Part shown: in pieces, positions 21,386 through 32,100 of the stretch | Layout: each line of letters opens with the position of its first letter | Position numbering within the stretch: the stretch's first letter is position 1 | Source of the DNA: Microcoleus sp. | Lineage (GTDB): Bacteria > Cyanobacteriota > Cyanobacteriia > Cyanobacteriales > Microcoleaceae | Length of the DNA stretch: 64,000 bases | NCBI GenBank assembly: GCA_042408215.1 | Contig: JAYFMW010000005.1 | Coordinates: 320,001-384,000, forward strand | Direction: 5' to 3' | Position numbers and translations under genes: made by a program | The notes under the pieces: generated by a model | Told to the model about the DNA's origin: nothing | Database searches by the model: none | The model's input: the letters and a program-made list of their open reading frames with translations, nothing else

Positions 21386-24316
21386 GTGGCAGTAGCAATC
21401 GAAGAATTACTTACATCCGAAATCAAGCAGCCAGCTCGTTATCTGGGAAATGAGTTGGGGGCTGCACATAAGCCTTGGGATGGGGCAAGAGTACGCTGGG
21501 TGCTGACTTACCCAGAAGTGTATGAAGTTGGTGCTTCTAATCTGGGGCACATCATCCTTTACAATATTTTGAATGCTTTGCCGAGACAGTTGTGCGATCG
21601 AGCTTATTTGCCGGCACCTGACTTAGCAGCAAAACTTCGATCGACTCAAACTCCCTTGTTTGCGGTAGAGTCGAGGCGATCGCTCACAGAATTTGATATT
21701 CTGGGCTTTAGCCTCAGCTACGAACTGGGAGCAACAAATATTCTGGAAATGCTGGATTTGGCCGGCATTCCCCTAACTTGGCAAGCAAGAGCGAAAAATT
21801 CCGAACTGCCGCTGATTTTTGCTGGCGGACAAACAGCAACTTCCAATCCCGAACCCTACGCTGACTTTTTTGACTTCATTGCTTTGGGAGATGGAGAAGA
21901 ATTGCTGCCGGAAATTAGCTTGGTTTTGGCAGAAGGCAAAACTAATGGTTTGAGTCGCGAAGCTTTGTTACTGGATTTGGCGCAAATTCCCGGCGTTTAT
22001 GTCCCGCAGTTCTACGATATGGCCGCAGATGGTTCTGTCCATCCCAATCGCCCCCAAGTTCCAGAACGAATTTTGCGCCGGGTGGCGACTCCCATTCCAG
22101 CTTATTCGATCGGCTTGGTTCCCTACGTTGAGACAGTACACGATCGACTGACAGTAGAAATCCGCCGGGGCTGCACTCGTGGATGCCGCTTCTGTCAGCC
22201 GGGAATGCTGACTCGCCCCGCGCGAGATGTCGAACCTCAACAAGTGGTAGAGGCGATCGTTCAAGGCATGAAAACTACCGGACAAAGCGAGTTTTCCCTG
22301 CTTTCCCTGAGTTGTTCCGACTATCTGGCACTCCCAGCAGTCGGGATGGAAATCAAAAACCGCCTTCGAGATCAAAATATTTCTCTGTCTCTTCCCAGCC
22401 AGCGGGTAGATAGGTTTGATGACAACATTGCCGACATTCTCGGTGGCACGCGCCAGAGTGGCTTGACTTTTGCCCCGGAAGCTGGTACGCAGCGGATGCG
22501 GGACATTGTTAACAAAGGTTTGACGAATGAGGAATTGCTGCGGGGTGTCAAAACTGCTGTCGATCGCGGCTGGGATAAAATCAAACTGTATTTTATGATC
22601 GGTTTGCCTGGGGAAACCGATGCTGATGTTGTGGGAATTGCCGAAACAGTCCGCTGGCTGCAAAGGGAATGCAGGCTAGATGGCCGGCGCAAACTGATTT
22701 TTAATTTGACAATTTCTAATTTTACGGCTAAGCCTCACACTCCGTTTCAGTGGCACTCTGTTTCTACGACGGAGTTTTCGCGCTTGCAAAAGCTATTGAG
22801 GACTGAATTGCGATCGCTCAACAATCTTAAGGTGAATTTCACCGATGTGCGGATTTCGGCAATGGAGGATTTTGTCGGGCGGGGCGACAGGCGTTTAAGT
22901 TCAGTAATCCGCCGTGCTTGGGAACTCGGAGCCGGTATGGATGCGTGGTGGGAAAGCTTGGATCAGGCTCACAAGGCCTGGACTCAGGCGATCGCAGAAT
23001 CCGATCTTACCTGGAAATATCGCCAAGTCGAAAACGGTGAGTGGAATTTGTTTGAAAAGAAAGAGGGGCACGACACGGATTCGGACAGGGATACAGGGAT
23101 GAATTTAACTGTGTCTCCCAAGTCTCCCAATCTCCCACTCCCCCCCTCTCCCACTCTCCCCCTCCCCCCTTCTCCCCAGGGCGGTTTCATTCTCACCAAA
23201 AACGAGGTTTTTGTAGGGGTAGTGCCCCCGTGCCTACCCCCGCCACCAACGATCGAATGGGGGTTTCAGGCCAAAAGGGCCGGCACGGGGGCACGGCCCC
23301 TACCAAGAATGAAACAGCCCTGCCCTTCTCCCTCTCTCCCATTCCTAGATCGACCTTTGCCGTGGGATCATATAGATACAGGAATCGACAAAAACTGGTT
23401 GAAAAATGACTTGCAAAAGGCTTTAGAAGCCGCAACAGTTCCTGACTGTTCCTTTGAAGGCTGTTCTCGCTGTGGCGTGTGCGGTACTGACTTCGGACAC
23501 AATGTAGTTGTAGCACCTCTGCCAATTCCTGAATTTGCCGGAGAGTTTGTGCCTCATAGCGATCGCAAACAGCGATTTCGGGTTTGGTTTGGCAAACTCG
23601 GTGACATGGCTTTGGTCGGTCATTTGGATTTGCTAAGATTGTTCGATCGAGTAGTCCGCAGAGCCGATTTGCCGATTTCCTTTACCGGTGGCTTTCACCC
23701 ACTCCCCCGAATTTCTCTGGCAAATGCCCTGCCTTTGGGTGTCACCAGCACGGGGGAAATTGTGGACTTTGAGCTGACTGAGTTTATGGATGCTACCCTG
23801 TTTCGGGAAAAATTGGTGGCTCAGCTCCCGGAAAATATGCCTATTTACAGGGTAGAGTCGATCGATGTCAAGGCTCCTTCTGCTAATCAGTTGTTAGAAG
23901 CTGCGGAGTACGTGATTACTGTGGCTGTAGCGGGTGCGTTGGCAGAAAATGAGATATTTGACATGGAGAATGCTGCTCCTGTCTCCGTCGCTCCTGATGC
24001 CCACTGGGAAGCTTGGGTAAAGGCGATCGTCGAGACAGAGGCTTTTTGGTGGGAGCACACTACTAAGTCGGGTAAGACGCAGCAAGTTAATTTGCGCGAT
24101 CGACTGCAAAAATTAGAACTTGTAGAGCCCTCTTCAGACACCCAGGCTGAAGGTAAAGCCGAAGATAGAGCCGTCTTGCGCTATACGGGTAGCTGTCGCA
24201 ATGACGGTAATCTGCTGCGAGTAGAACATATTGTGTTGATGCTTGAACAAGTCAGTCAGCAGGAAGTTCAGCTCCTACAAGTTCAGCGCCGTCAGCTTAT
24301 CCTCGGTTATGGTTAG
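21386..24316 (+). CDS. TIGR03960-type radical SAM protein fused to a TIGR03936/DUF2344 domain
   Basis: CTRGCRFC cluster motif; PARYLGNE; C-terminal GGFHPLPRIS region. Confidence 0.92.
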   Translation: MAVAIEELLTSEIKQPARYLGNELGAAHKPWDGARVRWVLTYPEVYEVGASNLGHIILYNILNALPRQLCDRAYLPAPDLAAKLRSTQTPLFAVESRRSLTEFDILGFSLSYELGATNILEMLDLAGIPLTWQARAKNSELPLIFAGGQTATSNPEPYADFFDFIALGDGEELLPEISLVLAEGKTNGLSREALLLDLAQIPGVYVPQFYDMAADGSVHPNRPQVPERILRRVATPIPAYSIGLVPYVETVHDRLTVEIRRGCTRGCRFCQPGMLTRPARDVEPQQVVEAIVQGMKTTGQSEFSLLSLSCSDYLALPAVGMEIKNRLRDQNISLSLPSQRVDRFDDNIADILGGTRQSGLTFAPEAGTQRMRDIVNKGLTNEELLRGVKTAVDRGWDKIKLYFMIGLPGETDADVVGIAETVRWLQRECRLDGRRKLIFNLTISNFTAKPHTPFQWHSVSTTEFSRLQKLLRTELRSLNNLKVNFTDVRISAMEDFVGRGDRRLSSVIRRAWELGAGMDAWWESLDQAHKAWTQAIAESDLTWKYRQVENGEWNLFEKKEGHDTDSDRDTGMNLTVSPKSPNLPLPPSPTLPLPPSPQGGFILTKNEVFVGVVPPCLPPPPTIEWGFQAKRAGTGARPLPRMKQPCPSPSLPFLDRPLPWDHIDTGIDKNWLKNDLQKALEAATVPDCSFEGCSRCGVCGTDFGHNVVVAPLPIPEFAGEFVPHSDRKQRFRVWFGKLGDMALVGHLDLLRLFDRVVRRADLPISFTGGFHPLPRISLANALPLGVTSTGEIVDFELTEFMDATLFREKLVAQLPENMPIYRVESIDVKAPSANQLLEAAEYVITVAVAGALAENEIFDMENAAPVSVAPDAHWEAWVKAIVETEAFWWEHTTKSGKTQQVNLRDRLQKLELVEPSSDTQAEGKAEDRAVLRYTGSCRNDGNLLRVEHIVLMLEQVSQQEVQLLQVQRRQLILGYG
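23177..23322. mobile_element. 146-bp MITE inserted in frame in the radical SAM gene
   Basis: 17-bp TIR CAGGGCGGTTTCATTCT / AGAATGAAACAGCCCTG; 10-bp duplication CCCTTCTCCC at 23167-23176 and 23323-23332. Confidence 0.85.
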
Positions 24317-24660
24317 AATTAGGAAAGCTCAAGGTGGAATATTCCGCCTTTGGCTTTCGATCGGGATGTGTCGTTTCATGCTATAATGGCTTGTCAAGGA
24401 AGCCGCTGCGGATCGAGGGCAATATGTCCCTCGTCGCCAGAGTCAACCAGCAACGCGGGCTGGGTGCAAATTGCTTCTGTTCAAGACTTCAAGCCTTTTT
24501 GTACATTGTTGGCTAAATAAGTGCGCCAAACCCGCACCAGGGGGGTCAGAACTAAATTTAGTGGTTAATCCGATCGATCGACAGCAAGTCGATCGTTGGC
24601 TTACCAAAAATCTCATGGTTCAAGCCGCTCTGCGGGTGTTAAACAATAGATGTTTTTCAC

Positions 24661-25032
24661 CTAAAAAATGGGCGGAGCGAAGCGCAGGGGCCCAAGCCCC
24701 GTCCTTCTAGGACGGCTTTGTTAGAATTTAGAAAGGCAAGAAAGGCAAGTAAGAACAACCATCTACGTGTTGAAACAATTTCATAAGGTGAGACTCCTGG
24801 GTTGGATCGCTACTCGGCAATGCCGAGCCTGTCCAAACAAGCAATAGTGAATTGTTGAGCGTACCTAACTGGCTGATTGATGGACTCAGAAAGCAATCTA
24901 AAAACAAAAGTAAGCGCAATTGCAATACTTCTCGTACCAGTAGTTGTTTTGAGCGTGTAGAGGCGATTTGACAGCGCCTTTAAGACTCAAGTCTTAAGAA
25001 TCTCCGTGGCGTTGATTCCCGGAGAGTGTCAA
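24661..25032 (+). mobile_element. non-coding IS200/IS605 derivative A (tnpB-less)
   Basis: Left-end hairpin like that of the 18999 element, following TTCAC; right end AAGAATCTCC...GGAGAGTGTCAA; no transposase ORF. Confidence 0.8.
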
Positions 25033-25136
25033 AGGGTTCTACGGTTGGTATAGAGGAAGTCGCAGTCGAATGGGAAGAGTCAGGTGAGTTGAGTTCGATC
25101 GCACTCATAGTTCAACAAAAGTCTAGGCGCTTTCAC

Positions 25137-25546
25137 CGAAAGACGAGCGGGAAGCCCCGCCTTTCAAGGCTGGGGAGGAACGCGGTTGCGACTTATTTAG
25201 TCACCTAAAAACTATGGCACGGCTTAAGGCAAAGCGGTATACTAATTACAGCGATTAAGAATAACCATCTACGTGTTGAAGCATTTTAGTCTCGGTGAGA
25301 TTCCGGCACAGTAAGCAACTACTGCTTTTGAGCAGGAAGCCTATTTAACTGACAAGAAATATCAAAATGTGGAACGTACCTATCTCAGGCTAAGTGATGG
25401 ACTCCGAAAGCATAAAAAAGCTAAAAGTATACGCAAGGTTTGGATTTGTCTAAGCTAAGTGGGTAGAGGTGCCTTGATAACGCCTTTGAAAGTCCCTTTG
25501 TGGTCTTAATCAAGAATCCCCCCGATTCATCGGTGGGGAGTGTCAA
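25137..25546 (+). mobile_element. non-coding IS200/IS605 derivative B (tnpB-less); left boundary approximate
   Basis: GAAGCCCCGCCTTTCAAGGCTGGGG left-end hairpin; right end AAGAATCCCC...GGGGAGTGTCAA; shares internal blocks with element A. Confidence 0.75.
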
Positions 25547-25827
25547 TCTTACTTACTTTCTCTCGAAACCAGCCCTCAACCACCACTTCGCGGAGTTATC
25601 AGTTCGTAGTATTGAGTTGTGTGTTAAGAAATTGGTACGGTGCCACTGAATTGATGCGCTGAGTTCAAATTAAGAGTTACAAGTGTTGATTTTTGAGTAT
25701 TGAGTTCGCAATTCTCCACTCAAAAATCGAGATTACTAACTCGATAAAAGCATCCTCATTTCTATCTCCCAGATTAAGCTGCGGGGTCGAAATCATAACT
25801 CTGTACGAGCGGGTTTAACCACATCTG

Positions 25828-25932
25828 TAACAGTTAACAGTCAACAGTTAACAGTTAACAGTCAACAGTTAACAGTTAACAGTTAACAGTTAACAGTTAA
25901 CAGTTAACAATCAACAGTCAACAATCAACAGT
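25828..25932. repeat. heptamer STRR array (ACAGTTA/ACAGTCA)
   Basis: Tandem 7-mers upstream of rne. Confidence 0.9.
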
Positions 25933-26058
25933 TTTTTCACCCTGCGCCAACTCACAGCGAATAACTCTTGAAGCTACTACCAATTAACGTCCAAGTCATA
26001 GGCACTGTGAGTGCGTAGGTGTCTCCAACTTGCAGCAAAATTTTTTCGAGGAAAGTGA

Positions 26059-28377
26059 ATGTCAAAGCAGATAGTTATAGCAGAGCAGCATCGGATTGCT
26101 GCCGTCTTTTCAGAAGATCAAATCCAAGAACTCGTGGTAGCCACAGGGAGCCATCAAGTTAGCGATATTTACTTGGGAGTTGTCGAAAATGTATTACCTG
26201 GGATAGATGCCGCCTTCGTAAATATTGGCGATCCAGAACGCAACGGGTTCATGCACGTCACGGATCTCGGCCCACTGCGGCTCAAACGATCGGCAGGGGC
26301 AATTACAGAACTCCTGACTCCGCAGCAGAAAGTTCTGGTACAGGTGATGAAAGAACCGACGGGCAGCAAAGGGCCCCGGTTGACAGGCAATATCACTCTG
26401 CCGGGGCGCTATTTGGTGCTGATGCCCTACGGTAGGGGAGTTAATCTCTCTAGGCGGATTAAGGCGGAAAACGAGCGCAACCGCCTCAGAGCACTGGCTA
26501 TTTTGGTTAAACCGGCGGGGATGGGGCTGCTGGTACGCACCGAGGCTGAAGGGATGACTGAAGAAGCCATCATGGAAGATTTGGAGGTGCTGCAAAAACA
26601 GTGGGAAGCTGTTCAACTTGAAGGCGGTTCTACGCGGGCACCGGCACTGCTGAATCGCGACGACGATTTTATCCAGCGGGTGCTGCGGGATATGTTCAGC
26701 GGTGATGTGAATCGGATTGTGGTGGACTCGCAAAATGGGATTAAGCGGGTGAAGCAGCAGTTGATGAGCTGGAATGGGGGCAAACTGCCTGCGGGAGTTT
26801 TGATCGACCATCACCGAGAACGGACCTCGATTTTGGAATTTTTCCGTGTCAACGCTGCCATTAGAGAAGCTCTGCGGCCGAGAGTAGACTTGCCTTCTGG
26901 CGGTTATGTGATTATTGAGCCGACGGAGGCGCTGACGGTAATTGATGTCAACTCTGGCTCGTTTACTCGATCGGCCACGGCTCGCGAAACGGTACTTTGG
27001 ACTAATTGTGAAGCGGCAACGGAAATTGCTAGACAACTGCGATTGCGGAATATTGCTGGGGTGATTATTGTTGACTTTATCGACATGGAGTCACGGCGCG
27101 ATCAGTTGCAGGTGCTGGAACATTTTAATAAGGCTCTCAAGGCTGATAAGGCTCGCCCGCAAATCGCTCAACTGTCTGAATTGGGGCTGGTAGAACTGAC
27201 TCGCAAGCGCCAAGGTCAAAATATTTACGAGTTGTTCGGCCATAGTTGCCCGACTTGCAGCGGGTTGGGCCATCTGGTGCACTTGCCTGGGGAAGAGGAT
27301 ATGGGGGCGGGTGTCCGGGAATCGGGCGATCGCACTGTTGCCACCTCGAACCGCGTTTTGTTGACTTTGCCAGAAGGAACGGAGCGTGCGCCACGCTTGA
27401 CGCCGACGGCTGCTGCAACGACATCACCAGTTCGGGAAGAACGCCCCGCCGAAGCGCAGCGGGCTGCTTGGGAATCTCAGAACGAAACCTCGGATTTTGA
27501 TGCGGGCAATATGTCAGCATTTTTGGGCTCGTCTTTGGACTTGCTCAACCATCCTAGCTATCAGGATTTGGGTAACGGTACTCGACGCCGCCGCCGCCGC
27601 CGGATCGGTGAAGAGGCTTTTGTCATCACCCCAGAGGAGGAACCGGTACGCAGCAAGTTGCGACTGCCGAATACTTCGGGTGTTCCCATCGCGGATGTGC
27701 GATCGGAGTATCTCGCACCCCCTGGCATCCGGGCGGCTTCTGAGGGCTTCGGGCTGGTAAATATGACTGCCGGCAGACGGGAGGATTTCGATCGGGTGCG
27801 TCCAACTAAGTCGGAGTTGATGAAGCCGATGGTGGAGCCTCCAGAGGTGATTTCGGTAGAAATGACAACGGAGGAGCAGGATGTTTATGCTTTGATGGGG
27901 GTTTCTCCTTTGGTGCTCGCGGATCGGAGCCCGAAAAATCCGAAAAATACGATCGTTTCGGTAACGCTTCCGGGCTCTGGCCCGGCGAAGCCTCCTTTCG
28001 AGCAGCTAGAACTTGAATTTGAACCGACGGCGGCACCGGAGGACGTTGAGGAACAGGATGATTATGCAGAGATGTCTGTAGCCGAGAATGCCCGGCCTGA
28101 TTTTTTTGAGGAGGTTGAGGCGGATATTTACGACGAAAGTTCGATCGACGAATCTGATTATTTTGATCCCATTTCGGAGTCGGAAATCAGCGATCGGGCG
28201 ATCGAATCAATGGAATCAATGGAATCGATCGAATCAATGGAATCAATGGAATCGATCGAATCAATGGAATCAATGGAATCAATCGAATCGATCGAATCAA
28301 TGGAATCAATCGAATCGGAAGAGCCGGCGATCAACCGCCGCCGTCGTCGTCGCTCCTCTGCCCTTTTGGATGAATGA
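26059..28377 (+). CDS. rne: ribonuclease E/G
   Basis: S1 region, IDVNSG and IVDFIDM motifs, CPTC; cyanobacterial C-terminal RRRRRRSSA. Confidence 0.97.
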   Translation: MSKQIVIAEQHRIAAVFSEDQIQELVVATGSHQVSDIYLGVVENVLPGIDAAFVNIGDPERNGFMHVTDLGPLRLKRSAGAITELLTPQQKVLVQVMKEPTGSKGPRLTGNITLPGRYLVLMPYGRGVNLSRRIKAENERNRLRALAILVKPAGMGLLVRTEAEGMTEEAIMEDLEVLQKQWEAVQLEGGSTRAPALLNRDDDFIQRVLRDMFSGDVNRIVVDSQNGIKRVKQQLMSWNGGKLPAGVLIDHHRERTSILEFFRVNAAIREALRPRVDLPSGGYVIIEPTEALTVIDVNSGSFTRSATARETVLWTNCEAATEIARQLRLRNIAGVIIVDFIDMESRRDQLQVLEHFNKALKADKARPQIAQLSELGLVELTRKRQGQNIYELFGHSCPTCSGLGHLVHLPGEEDMGAGVRESGDRTVATSNRVLLTLPEGTERAPRLTPTAAATTSPVREERPAEAQRAAWESQNETSDFDAGNMSAFLGSSLDLLNHPSYQDLGNGTRRRRRRRIGEEAFVITPEEEPVRSKLRLPNTSGVPIADVRSEYLAPPGIRAASEGFGLVNMTAGRREDFDRVRPTKSELMKPMVEPPEVISVEMTTEEQDVYALMGVSPLVLADRSPKNPKNTIVSVTLPGSGPAKPPFEQLELEFEPTAAPEDVEEQDDYAEMSVAENARPDFFEEVEADIYDESSIDESDYFDPISESEISDRAIESMESMESIESMESMESIESMESMESIESIESMESIESEEPAINRRRRRRSSALLDE
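28201..28317 (+). repeat. 9-bp coding tandem repeat (IES/MES) in the rne tail
   Basis: AT(C/G)GAATC(A/G) units. Confidence 0.9.
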
Positions 28378-29137
28378 AATGAAGGAAGAAGGAAGAGGGA
28401 AGAAGGCCCTTCGACTACGCTCAGGAACCGGGAAGAAACAAGAGGGCAGAAACAAGGAGGAAGAAGTAGAAATTTTTACTCTCTTCCCCTCTTTTCATCT
28501 CCCACTCCCGCCCTCTTCCCCTCTCCCCCTCTCCCCCTTTCCCTCGCCCTCTCCCTCTCCCCACTCCCAGATCATTGCAGGTGTGGATGAAGTCGGGCGG
28601 GGGGCTTTGTTCGGGCCCGTGGTGGCGGCTGCTTGCATTTTGCCCAGTTCGCTTTTGGATGAGTTGGCAAGTTGCGGGGTGCGAGATAGCAAGCAGTTGA
28701 GCGCCACCAACCGGAGTCGGTTAGCTGTGAAAATCCGGGAGGTGGCTGTTGACTGTCAAATTGGTGTGGCTTCGGTTACGGAAATCGATCGCCTGAATAT
28801 TTTGCAGGCTTCTTTGTTGGCGATGAAGCGGGCGATTTTGAAGCTGAAGGTTACTCCTGATTTGTGTTTGGTTGATGGGAATCAAAGGATTCCCAATTTG
28901 TCGATCGAGCAAGAGACGATGGTGAAGGGTGATTCGCGATCGATTCAGATTGCTGCTGCTAGTATTGTGGCTAAAGTTTGGCGCGATGAATTAATTGTGC
29001 GCTTGGCTGTTAAGTATCCTGAATATGACTTGACAAATAACAAGGGATATGGTACGGCTAAACATAAATTGGGGTTGGAGCGTTATGGGCGATCGGCTTT
29101 TCACCGATTATCATTTAGCCCTTGTCGAAAATCTTAA
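28370..29137 (+). CDS. rnhB: ribonuclease HII with repeat-derived N-terminal extension
   Basis: GVDEVGRG, DSK, LVDGN and AASIVAKV motifs; ATG overlaps the rne stop; exact start uncertain. Confidence 0.92.
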   Translation: MNEMKEEGRGKKALRLRSGTGKKQEGRNKEEEVEIFTLFPSFHLPLPPSSPLPLSPFPSPSPSPHSQIIAGVDEVGRGALFGPVVAAACILPSSLLDELASCGVRDSKQLSATNRSRLAVKIREVAVDCQIGVASVTEIDRLNILQASLLAMKRAILKLKVTPDLCLVDGNQRIPNLSIEQETMVKGDSRSIQIAAASIVAKVWRDELIVRLAVKYPEYDLTNNKGYGTAKHKLGLERYGRSAFHRLSFSPCRKS

Positions 29138-29198
29138 AATAATGACGCACAACCTAGCTAAACAATCTTAATTTAACCTCTTCACCATCACTGATAAT

Positions 29199-32100
29199 AT
29201 GTTAACAATTCCCGGCTATCGCATCATTGAGCAAATCTATAATGGCTCTAAAACCCAGGTTTATCGAGGGATTTCTGAGTCAAACAACACATCAGTAGTA
29301 ATCAAACTGCTCAAAAGCGAGTATCCGACTTTTAGCGAACTCGTGCAGTTTCGGAATCAGTACAGCATTACCAAAAATCTTGACCTGACGGGAATTGTCA
29401 AACCTATTGCACTCTTAAACTACCGCAATGCTTTTGCTCTGGTAATGGAGGATGTTGGTGGTGTTTCTCTTGCTGAGTATACTGCTAATGCAGACAGGAA
29501 TGATTCGGGGGATTCATCAAGTAATTCTGAGGTTTCCTCCCCCCAGATTTCGCCCCTACTGCTAGATGAGTTTTTGCCGATCGCAATTCAGGTTGTCCAA
29601 AGCATAGAAGGACTATATCACAACCGAATTATTCACAAAGATATCAAGCCTCAGAATATTATCATCAACCCCCAAACTAAAGAAGTCAAATTAATTGACT
29701 TTAGCATTTCCTCACTTTTACCCAGAGAAAACCAGGAAATCCAAAATCCAAACGTCTTAGAAGGAACCCTAGCTTATATGTCCCCTGAACAGACGGGACG
29801 CATGAATAGGGGACTCGACTACCGCACCGACTTTTACTCGCTGGGAGTCACGTTTTATGAACTGCTAACAGGACAATTACCCTTTAACTCGATCGAGCCA
29901 ATGGAGCTAGTTCACTGTCATATTGCCAGGATGCCAACTTCTCCAATAGCTCTGGTTCCAGCTATTCCGGTGATGCTGAATAACATGATTATGAAATTGA
30001 TGGCAAAAACTCCAGAATTACGCTATCAAAGTGCTATTGGACTGCGATATGACTTAGAAAATTGCTGGCAGGAATGGCAAGAAAATGGGAAGATTAGGGA
30101 GTTTGCCTTGGGGACATCGGGATATTTGCGATCGCTTCGTCATTCCCGAAAAACTCTACGGTAGAGAAACAGAAGTTAAAGCCCTATTAGAAGCCTTCGA
30201 TCGCATCAGCGAAGGCAGCAGCGAAATCATGCTAGTGGCGGGCTTCTCCGGCATCGGTAAAACCGCTGTAGTGAATGAAGTTCACAAACCCATTGTCCGC
30301 CAACGGGGTTACTTCATCAAAGGAAAATTTGACCAATTCAAGCGCGATATACCCTTCTCTTCCTGGGTGCAAGCATTCCAGAATTTAATCCGACAATTAC
30401 TTACTGAAAATGCTGCCGAAGTGCAGAAATGGCAGGTAAGAATTGTAGAGGCTTTGGGCGAAAATGGTCAGGTAATTATGGATGTAATTCCCGAATTAGA
30501 ACGACTAATTGGCAAGCAGCCAGAAGTGCCAGAACTAGAAGGAAATGCCGCTCAAAATCGCTTCAATCTTTTATTTCAAAAATTCATCAGAGTGTTCGCC
30601 ACAAAAGAACATCCTTTAGTGATTTTCTTGGATGATTTGCAATGGGCAGACTCGGCTTCATTGAAGTTAATGCAATTATTGATGAGTGAAACAGATACCA
30701 GGTATCTGTTGTTAATGGGAGCGTATCGGGACAATGAAGTTTTTCCAGCCCATCCATTGATGCTAACTTTGGATGAGATTCGCAAAGAGTCGGCGACAGT
30801 CAATCAAATTACTTTATCACCCTTAGACCAGCCTTCTCTAAATCGCCTGATTGCCGATACCCTGAGTTGTCCACCAGAAAGGGCGATTCCTCTGACAGAA
30901 TTAGTATTCGCTAAAACCAAAGGCAATCCTTTTTTTGCGACTCAATTCCTCAAATCTTTGCAGGTCGATGGATTAATTTCATTTGATTTTAATAGCGGAT
31001 ATTGGCAATGTGATATTGCCCAAGTCAAGGCCCTAGCTTTGACCGATGATGTGGTAGAGTTTATGGCGATTCAGTTGCAAAAGTTGCCTGTAAATACTCA
31101 GGAAGTTTTGAAATTAGGAGCTTGTATTGGCAACGAATTTGACTTGGCAACTCTAGCAATTGTCCATGAAAAATCTCAGGCTGAAACAGCTGCCGATCTG
31201 TGGAAAGCTTTGCAAGAAGGGTTAGTTATTCCGATTACTGAAGTTTACAAGTTTTTTCACGACTCGGAATCAGTTGCAGTTGCACAAGCGTCTGATTTAT
31301 CGGTTCCCTACAAGTTTTTGCACGATCGAGTGCAGCAAGCTGCTTATTCTCTGATTCCCGAATCCCAAAAACAGTCAACCCATCTCGAAATTGGGCGAAT
31401 GCTGTTGCACAAGGGCGGACCAGGGGGTACCGCCCCTACGGAAGCAGAAAGAGAAAATAAAATTTTTGATATTGTCAACCAGTTGAATATTGGTAAAGAG
31501 TTAATGACATATCGAACTGAGCGAGATGAACTAGCTCAATTGAATTTAATTGCAGGGCGCAAAGCTAAAGCTTCAACTGCTTATGCTGCTGCCCAAAAGT
31601 ATTTAACTGTGGGTTTGGAACTCATAGCTGCTGATAGCTGGGAGAGTCAATATGGCCTAACATTAGCTCTGTACGAGGAAGCGGCAGAAGCGGCGTACTT
31701 GAATGGTCACTTCGACGAAATGGATAAATTGGTTGATATTGTGCTACAAAAAGCCAAAAGTTTGCTTGAAAAAGTGAAAGTATATAGTGTCAAAATTCAA
31801 GGTACTGTGGCACAGGGAAACCTAAAAAAAGCGATTAAAATAGGGCTTAAAGTATCAGAATTGTTAGGGGTAATATTACCAGAAGAACCGAGTCAGTTGG
31901 ATGTTCAAAGAGGACTGGAGGAAACCGCTTCACTTTTGGAGGGGCAGGAAATTGAAAACTTAATTAACCTGCCGGAAATGACAGATCCCCAAAAATTGGC
32001 AGCTATAAATATCCTAACGAGTATAACTTCTGCTGCGTTTATAGCTGCTCCCGATGTTTGTTGGCTGGTGGTATTATCAAAGGTTAATTTATCCATCAAA

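Noticed and set aside
28088..28369. NQW-repeat N-terminus of the 349-aa ORF
   Set aside because: It is an alternate-frame shadow of the rne 9-bp repeat; rnhB more plausibly starts at or after 28370.
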